Translations under genes and position numbers: made by a program | The notes under the pieces: generated by a model | Told to the model about the DNA's origin: nothing | The model's input: the letters and a program-made list of their open reading frames with translations, nothing else | Database searches by the model: none | Part shown: positions 29,782 to 38,301 of the stretch, piece after piece | Layout of the letters: the number at the start of each line of letters is the position of its first letter | Position numbering within the stretch: the stretch's first letter is position 1 | Assembly (NCBI GenBank): GCA_944349375.1 | Contig: CALVMV010000002.1 | Coordinates: 35,448 to 99,447 of the forward strand | Length of the DNA stretch: 64,000 bases | Reading direction: 5' to 3' | Source of the DNA: an uncultured Clostridia bacterium | Lineage (GTDB): Bacteria; Bacillota; Clostridia; Christensenellales; UBA1242

Positions 29782-31391
29782 GCTTCAATACTCCTATATC
29801 TATTCTCAAGCTTATAAAATAAGCGGAAAAGTTCAATACACATATAAGGGATACCAAACCCAAACAAAACAATATAGATTGCAGGAACAGATACAAACAT
29901 TGAAACTACAATGGCACCTATCCCCATAAGAACTGCTATAATAAACCCTATACTAATGCTTGCGTTGATATTGCTATTTGTAGTTGTAATCTCTTTATTA
30001 TCAAGAAACATAAATTGAGGTCTTTTTATATCAATAAGTATTGCACTTGAAATTGAACCGATAACAATCATGCAAACTGCTAAAGCAATAAGCATAGAAT
30101 TTGCATAAGACAAAAATCCTGCAAGTGAAAGTACTAAGCAACTCACAATAACTGAAGGAATAGATACAATAACATACATCAAAAATTTAACTGTTATTTG
30201 TTTTCTGAAAGAAACAGGAATGATTTTAGTGTGGAAGAAATTCCCACCTTCTCTAGTAATGGAAGTAGCAGCAAAAGAAGTCCCCATGCTCAAAAACATT
30301 AATAACACAAGAACGGCAATCCCCGGCAAAATACCTGCCCCAACTTGTCCAACTCCAATATTAGAAGCAATTTGACTTGAGAAGAAAACCATTAAAGGCG
30401 TTGTAATGATGATAGTCAAATATTGAAAAGAATAATTAACTGAACGGAAAATTGATAAAAATTCTCTAAAGAATAGTGCCTTAGTAACACTTCTTTGTTT
30501 TATAACTGATTTGTTTCGATAAACACTACCACCATTTTCAATGTTGTTTAAAAGTATGTTCAAATAAGATTTGTTTGCAAACACCAATACGAGCAATAAA
30601 AGAACAAAGGCAACAGTTATGTTAACAATCGCACTAGGCCAAAAACGATATAACAACAAACTGTTTTTAAATAGTAAAGGCAAATACAAAAAGTTTGCAA
30701 TAAACTTAATGTCAATTATAACTTGTGTTTGTAAAATGGAAGATACATCTGAACTATTTAATATTTCCATAATGAACTTAAGTCCATAAGTATAAATTGT
30801 AAAGCCAGCAGCAACAAAAATGATATACAAAAACAGCATAACAACAAATTTATTTTTCAAATAACCAACGATATACATAGCAGGAACAGAAAGCAAAACA
30901 CCAATTAAAAAAGGTATCACTGGCAAAAAAATAAGATTTGGCAAAAGCATAATATAAAAAATAGCCGATTGCATTGTTTGTATCCCATATATAATAAATA
31001 CAGGCAAAGTCAAAAATGTAGTAAAAAGAAATTCATAGATGAAAAGATATGTAATTTTTGCTAAAAATATCATTTTCCCATTTAAAGGTAATTTCAACAA
31101 ATCGGAATCTGAGTTATAGAAAAGAGTTTTTGTGGTTAGACTAAGCCCAAAAAATAACTGTACAATTTGAATTAAACAAGTGTAATAAACTATAAATTCT
31201 TGTGCTAAATCAGCTTTAACACAAATTCTAATAAGACTATTAAAAACATACAATAAAGCTCCAACTAATACACAAAGACCTAAAATTGTAATTAAATATT
31301 TTAATATTTTCAAAAAAAGATGCCCCTTAACCCTATTTTTAGGTGCACGATTTAAAAACTCAAGTTTTAAAAGTGTTAAGAATTGAGTCAT
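29778..31391 (-). CDS. Polytopic membrane permease of a putative ABC exporter (ABC_export-like)
   Basis: 537 aa with about 12 or more TM helices. Sits 17 nt downstream of the ABC ATPase gene. RBS AAAGGAGAAAAG. The family name is recalled from size and topology, not searched. Confidence 0.6.
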   Translation of the reverse strand: MTQFLTLLKLEFLNRAPKNRVKGHLFLKILKYLITILGLCVLVGALLYVFNSLIRICVKADLAQEFIVYYTCLIQIVQLFFGLSLTTKTLFYNSDSDLLKLPLNGKMIFLAKITYLFIYEFLFTTFLTLPVFIIYGIQTMQSAIFYIMLLPNLIFLPVIPFLIGVLLSVPAMYIVGYLKNKFVVMLFLYIIFVAAGFTIYTYGLKFIMEILNSSDVSSILQTQVIIDIKFIANFLYLPLLFKNSLLLYRFWPSAIVNITVAFVLLLLVLVFANKSYLNILLNNIENGGSVYRNKSVIKQRSVTKALFFREFLSIFRSVNYSFQYLTIIITTPLMVFFSSQIASNIGVGQVGAGILPGIAVLVLLMFLSMGTSFAATSITREGGNFFHTKIIPVSFRKQITVKFLMYVIVSIPSVIVSCLVLSLAGFLSYANSMLIALAVCMIVIGSISSAILIDIKRPQFMFLDNKEITTTNSNINASISIGFIIAVLMGIGAIVVSMFVSVPAIYIVLFGFGIPYMCIELFRLFYKLENRYRSIEA

Positions 31392-31408
31392 CTTTTCTCC
31401 TTTATCTT

Positions 31409-32449
31409 TTATTTTTTATCTTTTTGAATTTTAGATTTTAAAACTTCTAACTGCTCTTTAATTTTTTTAGAGTATTCTTCGTTAAGTTTCTTTGATTGAA
31501 GTTTCTTTTCTGATTTTATATCTCTTATTTCTTTTTTGGTTGTTTTTTTAACTTGCAAATTTTCTGCTTTAATTTTTTTATCTTCTTCTTTCTTTTCTTT
31601 TGCAAGGATAGCTTTTTGTTCTTTTTCAGCTTTTAATTTTTCATCTCTTTCTTTTTTCTTTTGTGCTTTTTCAGCTTTAAGTTTCAATTTTTTCTCTTTT
31701 TTATCTTCAAACTTAATAACTTTTGCTTTGCTATCTTTAGTCATATTTAAGAAATAAGTTTCAAGAGGGACTTCACTTTCTTTCATAAATTTTTTGACAT
31801 CAATTATTTCCATAAGCTGACCACGATTCATAATAGCCACCCTATCACAAAGCTTTTCAACCATATCAATATTATGAGATGAGAAAAATACGCAATTACC
31901 CAGTCTTTTATGCTCTTTCATGTATTCCCTAATTTCAAAAGTGCTTTGAGGATCTAAGCCCATTAGAGGTTCATCAAGCACCCAAAATTTTGGATTATGT
32001 ATTAAAGCTGCAATAATACAGATTTTTTGTTTCATACCATGAGAATAAGAACGAATTTGATTATCTATCGCATGAGACATACTAAACAAATTAGCAAACT
32101 TTTCAATTCTTTCTTCTATTATATCTTTTGGCACTCTATAGATGTTTCCCATATAGTTGACATATTCTCTTCCTGTCAAATTTTCATAAACAGCATGATT
32201 ATCAGGGACATAACCAATATTTAACTTGGCTTCAATAGGATTTTTTTGAATATCATAACCACAAACTTTTATAGTTCCTTCATCAAAAGGCAATATTCCT
32301 GTTAAACATTTAATTGTAGTACTTTTTCCAGCACCATTTTTACCCAAAAAGCCAAAAATTTCCCCTTCATTTAAAGTGAGATTTAAATTTTTTACTGAAT
32401 AAAAGTTTGAATTTTTATATCTTTTTGTAAGACCGACAATTTCTAACAT
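31409..32449 (-). CDS. ABC transporter ATP-binding protein with a ~100-aa Lys/Glu-rich C-terminal tail
   Basis: Walker A GKNGAGKST, signature YSHGMKQK, Walker B WVLDEPLMGLD. Tail: KKEKKLKLKAEKAQKKKERDEKLKAEKEQK... Start set at the ATG at 32449, because the track TTG at 32503 coincides with the -35 box. Confidence 0.85.
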   Translation of the reverse strand: MLEIVGLTKRYKNSNFYSVKNLNLTLNEGEIFGFLGKNGAGKSTTIKCLTGILPFDEGTIKVCGYDIQKNPIEAKLNIGYVPDNHAVYENLTGREYVNYMGNIYRVPKDIIEERIEKFANLFSMSHAIDNQIRSYSHGMKQKICIIAALIHNPKFWVLDEPLMGLDPQSTFEIREYMKEHKRLGNCVFFSSHNIDMVEKLCDRVAIMNRGQLMEIIDVKKFMKESEVPLETYFLNMTKDSKAKVIKFEDKKEKKLKLKAEKAQKKKERDEKLKAEKEQKAILAKEKKEEDKKIKAENLQVKKTTKKEIRDIKSEKKLQSKKLNEEYSKKIKEQLEVLKSKIQKDKK

Positions 32450-32474
32450 ATTTAATCCTTTTTTTTCGATAAAA

Positions 32475-32503
32475 ATTTTACCACATAATTGCCAAAATGT
32501 CAA
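32475..32503 (-). promoter_or_regulatory. Strong sigma-A-type promoter of the ABC / giant-protein operon
   Basis: Minus strand: TTGACA (32503-32498), a 17-nt spacer, then TGG-TAAAAT (extended -10, 32480-32475), about 25 nt upstream of the ATG at 32449. Confidence 0.6.
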
Positions 32504-32587
32504 TATTCTTTTTTAAAACAAAACTTTACATAGCAAACTGTAAAAAAGGGTATAAATATTATTAAACTAAAATAAAAAACAACTTAA

Positions 32588-32615
32588 TCAAAAAAACGAT
32601 ACTTAAGTATCGTTT
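32588..32615 (-). terminator. Rho-independent terminator overlapping the murC stop codon
   Basis: Minus strand: AAACGATAC-TTAA-GTATCGTTT followed by TTTTTT. The left arm includes the last murC codons. Confidence 0.7.
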
Positions 32616-33964
32616 CTTTTAAATTTATAAGCTAAATCAACAATATCTCCTGCTCCTAATATAAGAAAAACAGATTCTTCTTTTTCGATCTTTTTTATAA
32701 ACCTAAAACACTTATCAAAATTTGAAAAATATCTCACATTTTCATTAAATCTTGAAATACCTTTAGCTAAAAATTTAGAAGTAATTTTTGCAATAGGTTT
32801 TTCGCGTGCAGGATAAATCGGAAGAAGCCAAACCTCATCAGCTTCAATAAAGCAATGACAAAATTCATAATACAAATCTCGTGTTCGAGAAAAAGTATGT
32901 GGCTGAAAAATACATATTAATTTTTTATCAAAAGATTGTTTTATCGCTTTAATTGTTGCAACAATTTCATCTGGGTGATGTGCATAATCATGAATTATGA
33001 CGCTTTTATAGTCATCTTTTATAATTTCAAGCCTTCTTTCAACCCCTTCATATAAACTTAAAGCTTCTTTAATTTCTTGCAGAGATATTCCACAAATAAT
33101 CCCAACGGCTATCGCACTTAATGCGTTATAAATGTTATGCTCTCCTAAACATTTTATTTTAAAATTTCCAAAATCTAACCCCATATAAAACAAATCAAAT
33201 TGTAAGTATCCATTTTGCCTATGAATATTTTTTGCTTGCAAATCTGCTTTATTTTTAATTGCGTATGTAAAAATATTGTTTGTTTTTAATTTTCTTGCAA
33301 ATAAATCGTCATTATTAACTACCAAAACACCGGTTTTTTTTGTATTTTTTGCATATTTTTCAAAAGATTTATAATAATTTTCTTTAGTTTTAAAATAATC
33401 TAAATGATCTGGATCTTCATTTAGAACGACACTTACATCACTAAATAACTCTAAAAAACTATCTTTATATTCACAAGCTTCTGTGATGAAATATTTGCCT
33501 TCCCCTATCATCACATTACTATTTAATTTTTTCATTATTCCCCCAACATGAATTGTTGGGCTTTTATTTGCATATAAAAATATTTCGCCAATCATAGAAG
33601 TCGCTGTTGTTTTTCCATGACTTCCTGCTACAGATATTGTGTAATAATTTTTTGCAATCTCACCAAGAAGCTCTGCTCTTGAAACGACTCTTTTATTTAA
33701 TTTTGTTGCTAAAATAAGTTGCTCATCATCTTTTGGAATCGCACTAGAATATACAACTAAATCTGCTTTTTCAATTAATTCATACTCTATTTTGTTAGAT
33801 ACTGTAATTCCTTCTTGTTGTAATTTTTGCGTTATCTTTGAAAAAACTTTATCAGAACCTGAAACAAATTTCCCCTGTGCTTTTAATATCAAGGCTAAAG
33901 CAGACAAACTTATTCCTCCAATTCCGATAATATGAACATTTTTTATAGTGTCTAAAAAACTCAT
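32603..33964 (-). CDS. murC: UDP-N-acetylmuramate--L-alanine ligase
   Basis: 453 aa. N-terminal VHIIGIGGISLSALALIL...VSGSD and the ATP-binding loop VAGSHGKTTATSMI. Confidence 0.9.
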   Translation of the reverse strand: MSFLDTIKNVHIIGIGGISLSALALILKAQGKFVSGSDKVFSKITQKLQQEGITVSNKIEYELIEKADLVVYSSAIPKDDEQLILATKLNKRVVSRAELLGEIAKNYYTISVAGSHGKTTATSMIGEIFLYANKSPTIHVGGIMKKLNSNVMIGEGKYFITEACEYKDSFLELFSDVSVVLNEDPDHLDYFKTKENYYKSFEKYAKNTKKTGVLVVNNDDLFARKLKTNNIFTYAIKNKADLQAKNIHRQNGYLQFDLFYMGLDFGNFKIKCLGEHNIYNALSAIAVGIICGISLQEIKEALSLYEGVERRLEIIKDDYKSVIIHDYAHHPDEIVATIKAIKQSFDKKLICIFQPHTFSRTRDLYYEFCHCFIEADEVWLLPIYPAREKPIAKITSKFLAKGISRFNENVRYFSNFDKCFRFIKKIEKEESVFLILGAGDIVDLAYKFKRNDT

Positions 33965-34034
33965 ATAAAAATATATGAAAGGTAATTAAAAAAGTTTCTT
34001 TAACAAAAATAATAGAAATCACATATATTTCACT

Positions 34035-34901
34035 ATGAAAAATAAGATATATAAAAAAATTTCAGAATTTACCAGCATAGGTGTCGGTGGAGAATGTAGA
34101 GGAATATTTTTGCCAGAAACTACAGAAAAGTTTATCAAAATTATGCAAGACTTTGATAAACAGTCAATTCCCTATAAAGTAATTGGAAATGGAACAAATT
34201 TATTATTCAGTGATGAATTTCAAGATTATTTTGTAATTTCAACAAGAAAAATAGCAAAAAAAATGTCGAAAAGGAATAATTATGTTACTTTTTCATCTTC
34301 AGTAAATCTTTTTGATGCATATAATTTTTGTTTAAAAAATAATTTAAGTGGATTTGAAAAATTGGCATCTATACCTGGAAATATTGGTGGAGCTATAGCT
34401 AGTGGAGCAAGTTGCTACGGTGTAAGCATTTTTGATAATTTAAAAAATATTTCAATTTATCACAATGGAGAAGTAAGAACCGTTTCAATTAAACAATTAA
34501 AAAAAAGTTATCACAGTTCTTGTTTTTTAGAAAACACTTTTATTAAACCCAAAATTATCTTAAGTGCCAAATTTGAATTACAAGTCAACAATCCGTGCAC
34601 AATTCAAAAAACATATTTAAATTATATTTCAAAAAGGATATTAACTCAACCATATGGTAGAAGCTTTGGCTGTGTATTTAAAAATATAAATGGACTCAGT
34701 GCTGGCAAATTACTAGATGAATGTGGATTAAAAGGATTACAAAAAAATGATGCTTTTATTTCAGATAAACACGCCAATTTTATAATAAACAAATCTAAAG
34801 CATCATTTAATGATATTTATTTTTTAATTCAAACAATGGAGAATAAAATTAAAGAAAAATACAATATTACTCTTGAAAAAGATGTCGAAATAATTAAATA
34901 A
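34035..34901 (+). CDS. murB: UDP-N-acetylenolpyruvoylglucosamine reductase
   Basis: 288 aa. Contains TSIGVGGECRGIF, VIGNGTNLLFSD, and a C-terminal GCVFKN...SAGKLLDECGLKG...ISDKHANFIIN pattern. Divergent from murC. Confidence 0.85.
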   Translation: MKNKIYKKISEFTSIGVGGECRGIFLPETTEKFIKIMQDFDKQSIPYKVIGNGTNLLFSDEFQDYFVISTRKIAKKMSKRNNYVTFSSSVNLFDAYNFCLKNNLSGFEKLASIPGNIGGAIASGASCYGVSIFDNLKNISIYHNGEVRTVSIKQLKKSYHSSCFLENTFIKPKIILSAKFELQVNNPCTIQKTYLNYISKRILTQPYGRSFGCVFKNINGLSAGKLLDECGLKGLQKNDAFISDKHANFIINKSKASFNDIYFLIQTMENKIKEKYNITLEKDVEIIK

Positions 34902-34903
34902 AA

Positions 34904-35740
34904 TTAATAACCAAAATCTTTTAAACTTTTATCTTTATTTCGCCAATCTTTATCTACCTTAACAAATAGTTTTAATAAAACTTTGTTTCCTAATAATTCT
35001 TCGGCAAATTTTCGACTTTCTTGCCCAATCTTTTTTAAAACATTCCCACCTTTTCCAATTACAATCCCCTTGTGTCTTTCCTGCTCTACAACAATAGTTC
35101 CTTCAATAATCACAATGTTTTCTTTTTCATCAAATTTATCAATAACAACAGCAATTCCATGTGGGATTTCATCATTTAAAAGGTTTAAAGCATTTTGCCT
35201 AATTTCTTCTGCAACCAAAAACTTAACACTTTTATCGGTATAATAATCTTCTTCAAAAGCAAAATTTTTTACTTTACTTTTAGGCATTTGTGATATTATA
35301 TAATTTTTCAAATTTTCTAAGCCTGCCCCGGAAAGAGAAGATATTTCAAAATCTGATTTAAAATCGTTAATGTTTTTTTTATCAATTTTTGTTTTAATGA
35401 GCAGTTTAGGTTCTGGCAAATGTTCATAATACTGTATTTCTTCTTCATCTAATTCTTTACTACCATCAGCCAAATAAAGAATAAGATCTACACCAGAAAT
35501 CGCACTACGAACACTTTTCATCATTTTTTTATCGAGTTTATTTTTAGTATGATGGACTCCGGGAGTGTCAACAAGAACAACTTGATAATTTCCCCCATTC
35601 AATATACCTAAAATGTTATCCCTTGTCGTTTGTGGCCTTTTAGTTACAATAGCGATCTTTTCTCCTACTAAAGCATTAACCAAACTACTTTTTCCAGCAT
35701 TGGTTTTCCCAACAACTGCGACATAACCAAAACTATACAT
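34904..35740 (-). CDS. era: GTPase Era
   Basis: G1 VAVVGKTNAGKSSL, G3 DTPG. C-terminal KH domain GIVIGKGGNVLKKIG. Overlaps the ybeY stop by 8 nt. RBS GAGGG. Confidence 0.9.
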   Translation of the reverse strand: MYSFGYVAVVGKTNAGKSSLVNALVGEKIAIVTKRPQTTRDNILGILNGGNYQVVLVDTPGVHHTKNKLDKKMMKSVRSAISGVDLILYLADGSKELDEEEIQYYEHLPEPKLLIKTKIDKKNINDFKSDFEISSLSGAGLENLKNYIISQMPKSKVKNFAFEEDYYTDKSVKFLVAEEIRQNALNLLNDEIPHGIAVVIDKFDEKENIVIIEGTIVVEQERHKGIVIGKGGNVLKKIGQESRKFAEELLGNKVLLKLFVKVDKDWRNKDKSLKDFGY

Positions 35741-36215
35741 TTTTCCCTCGTTTTATATTCAAACTTTGCAAAATTTTCTCACAAGTTTCGTTCATTACTT
35801 TCTCATCTTCAGTTTCGATGTGGTCATAACCAAGTAAATGCAATAACCCATGCAAAGCAAGAAATGATAATTCTCTTTTATAGCTATGACCATATTCTTT
35901 TGCTTGCGCTTTAGCCCTTTCTTTGCAAATGATAATATCCCCTAATCTTAAAGTTCCATCAGGTTCACATTCTGATTTATAGTCTTCCAATTTTTCAGGA
36001 TATTTAATGTTTAAAAGTGGAAATGACAAAACATCTGTAACTTTATCGACATTTCTATACTGTAAATTACATTTGCGAATTTCCTCAGCAGAAACAAAAG
36101 ATAGTTCAATGATAGCATCTACACTATAATTTTTAGTTACAAACATAGCTACATTGTAAATTTTTTTTACTAACTTTCTACAAGAAAAATTAACTTTGTG
36201 GAAATTGATAACCAT
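35733..36215 (-). CDS. ybeY: rRNA maturation endoribonuclease YbeY
   Basis: Zinc motif HGLLHLLGYDH. The start is uncertain: 36215 overlaps yqfD by 26 nt, and the ATG at 36146 is an alternative. Confidence 0.85.
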   Translation of the reverse strand: MVINFHKVNFSCRKLVKKIYNVAMFVTKNYSVDAIIELSFVSAEEIRKCNLQYRNVDKVTDVLSFPLLNIKYPEKLEDYKSECEPDGTLRLGDIIICKERAKAQAKEYGHSYKRELSFLALHGLLHLLGYDHIETEDEKVMNETCEKILQSLNIKRGKNV

Positions 36216-37332
36216 AACTTTCTCCTATATCTTTTTCGATTGTAATAGTATAACTTAAATAATAAATGCCTCCTGCATTATTAATTGAGCATTTCTCATC
36301 TTTTATTATCTCATTTTCAGACAAAGAAATCAAGGATTTTGCACGAAGTTTTTCAATCACTTCATCTTTTTCTTCTTCAAAATTTCTATTTATTTCAATA
36401 GTTTTTGTTTCATAAAATGTGTACTTTGCATAAATAAATGGTAAAATATTGTTTTTTGTTAAATAATAACTCTCTACTTCACTTTCGTAATTATCAAAAG
36501 AATTTTCTTTAGTATTAGAATAAATAATTAGATTAAAAAGCGAAACCTCAGAACAAACTATTTTTCTACCTGTCCTTTCTTCTTTAATCAAATATTCATA
36601 AAAAACATCTTCACTTTTTATCCATACATCTGCTTGGATTTGAGCTTTAGGTTGAACAGCCATTTGCTCTCCATCCGCATCATAAATGTATGGATATACC
36701 AAGACATCTCCTTTTTGAACGATATCTCCTACTTGAACATTACATGTCCCTTGCACAAGATTTATATCTGTAACAAGACCATCATATTGACTTATTATAG
36801 GAGAAAACTCTCCTTCCATTTCATCGGGCAAAACAGCTTCGTTGATACTAACTATCAAACTTTGACCAACAATAGCAATACTTACTGAACTTACTTTTTC
36901 GAAGTTGTTTTTAACTGCAATTTCAATTTCTTTTGTGTTAATAAAATATCTAAATTTGCTATTTAATTGATTTTCAACAAAAGAAATCAGTTCTTTATCA
37001 CTAAGATTTTCACATCCCCAAACTTCAATTTTAAATACAAAAAAATATTGAAAACAATATGCACACAGTCCTAAAATAAGACCAACAATAACACCCCACA
37101 TTTTTAAAAGAGTTTTTAACTTGAAGCCCTTATGTTTCACCGACAATTCTTTGACATTGTTTTTTAATAAAATAGTTTCAATTTTTTCGCCATCTTCTTT
37201 ATTTGAATCAAATTCGATGTATCTATCTGTTTGTTTTATATTAAAAAGAAGATAATCTTTACTTAAATTATTTAATATTTTTTCTTTATTTAAGGCTTTA
37301 ATTTTAAAATGAGAACGATTATTCTTCTTCAT
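36190..37332 (-). CDS. yqfD: Sporulation protein YqfD
   Basis: 380 aa. N-terminal soluble part, a single TM helix (MWGVIVGLILGLCAYCFQYFF), and a C-terminal domain. Sits between yqfC and ybeY-era, as in the Bacillus yqfC-yqfD...ybeY...era cluster. Confidence 0.7.
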   Translation of the reverse strand: MKKNNRSHFKIKALNKEKILNNLSKDYLLFNIKQTDRYIEFDSNKEDGEKIETILLKNNVKELSVKHKGFKLKTLLKMWGVIVGLILGLCAYCFQYFFVFKIEVWGCENLSDKELISFVENQLNSKFRYFINTKEIEIAVKNNFEKVSSVSIAIVGQSLIVSINEAVLPDEMEGEFSPIISQYDGLVTDINLVQGTCNVQVGDIVQKGDVLVYPYIYDADGEQMAVQPKAQIQADVWIKSEDVFYEYLIKEERTGRKIVCSEVSLFNLIIYSNTKENSFDNYESEVESYYLTKNNILPFIYAKYTFYETKTIEINRNFEEEKDEVIEKLRAKSLISLSENEIIKDEKCSINNAGGIYYLSYTITIEKDIGESYGYQFPQS

Positions 37333-37589
37333 TAAAATTCCTCAACTTTTTTTATATTACCTTCTATTTTTAATGTGTTTTGACTTAATTCGCTTAAAAA
37401 CAAATCGGTTCCTTCAACAATAATTCTGCCTTTTTTTATTTTAAACGAAATAACCGTAGGAGATAAAATAGTCAACCCACAATGTCCTTCTACATATAAA
37501 ATCTTACCAGACAAATTAATTAAATTATAAGATGGCAAGAAATCATTTTTTTTTAAATTTTGTTTTATTTCATCAAAAAAATTAAACAT
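37332..37589 (-). CDS. yqfC: Sporulation protein YqfC
   Basis: 85 aa from the ATG at 37589 (GGGGA RBS). Sequence LINLSGKILYVEGHCGLTILSPTVISFKIKKGRIIVEGTDLFLSELSQNTLKIEGNI fits the YqfC pattern. 1-nt overlap with yqfD. Confidence 0.7.
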   Translation of the reverse strand: MFNFFDEIKQNLKKNDFLPSYNLINLSGKILYVEGHCGLTILSPTVISFKIKKGRIIVEGTDLFLSELSQNTLKIEGNIKKVEEF

Positions 37590-37730
37590 ATATCCCCGCT
37601 TGAATAAAAGGCATAAACATCTTCCTAAATACATTAATAGCTTTTAAAATTTTTTCTTTAACACTTAGTACAAAAACAAAATGTCCTTTTATAATTTATA
37701 AATTAAATATATGTTTATAAAATAAATAAT

Positions 37731-37760
37731 ATTATAAAAAAAAAGATGCTTGCGCATCTT
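37731..37760 (-). terminator. Rho-independent terminator after the floA-coupled gene
   Basis: Minus strand: AAGATGC-GCAA-GCATCTT followed by a run of at least 9 T. Overlaps the stop at 37759. Confidence 0.7.
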
Positions 37761-38301
37761 AATCATCAAATTTATTAAAAATGTTACCTAAAAGTAAAGC
37801 TTTTACTTTAGGAGACAGATTTTTTAGTTGTTTCATTAAATCTTTATCTCCTACAGCACGAGTGTAAGAATATTCATTTAAAAAATTTTCAAAATCTTGA
37901 TCTCTTTTTTCTTCATTTTCTTTATTTTCGGGTTCTGGTTCAAATCCTGCAACTTTCCTCTTTACAAAAGGATTTTCTTCTTTATTTGTTACTTCTTCAT
38001 TCTCGAAAGCAGTACTTTCTTCTAAACTTTCAATTTGAACTTTTTTGTTTAGCTTCTCTTGTAATTTTTTTGTTTTAACAGAAACTTTCTCTTCTTTCTT
38101 AATTTCTTTGACTTTTTTTTGAGCTAATGATTTATCTGAACTATCAACTTGCCCATTATTTAAATTTTTATATTTTTCTATTTCTTTATCTAGTTTGCTT
38201 TTTTGTCCACGCTTGTTTAAATGTCTCCATAAGAAAAGCAAAAATAAAATCAAACCTCCACAGACTGAGCAAACTACAATAATTGCAGTTATATTTCCCA
38301 T
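37759..38301 (-). CDS. Hypothetical single-pass membrane protein with a Lys/Glu-rich cytoplasmic region
   Basis: 180 aa. N-terminal TM ITAIIVVCSVCGGLILFLLFLW. TAATG 1-nt overlap with the floA stop. Confidence 0.6.
   Translation of the reverse strand: MGNITAIIVVCSVCGGLILFLLFLWRHLNKRGQKSKLDKEIEKYKNLNNGQVDSSDKSLAQKKVKEIKKEEKVSVKTKKLQEKLNKKVQIESLEESTAFENEEVTNKEENPFVKRKVAGFEPEPENKENEEKRDQDFENFLNEYSYTRAVGDKDLMKQLKNLSPKVKALLLGNIFNKFDD

Noticed and set aside
31536-31757. Repetitive AAA/AAG/GAA-rich DNA that at first glance resembles a tandem repeat or array
   Set aside because: The periodicity is irregular and there is no repeat-spacer structure. It is the coding sequence of the Lys/Glu tail of the ABC ATPase. 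No CRISPR-like array occurs anywhere in the window.
32450-32503. Longer TTG-initiated version of the ABC ATPase (MTFWQLCGKIFIEKKGLN...)
   Set aside because: The TTG is the first half of the TTGACA -35 box. The extended -10 and the AAGGA RBS fall inside the extension, so the ATG at 32449 is the start.
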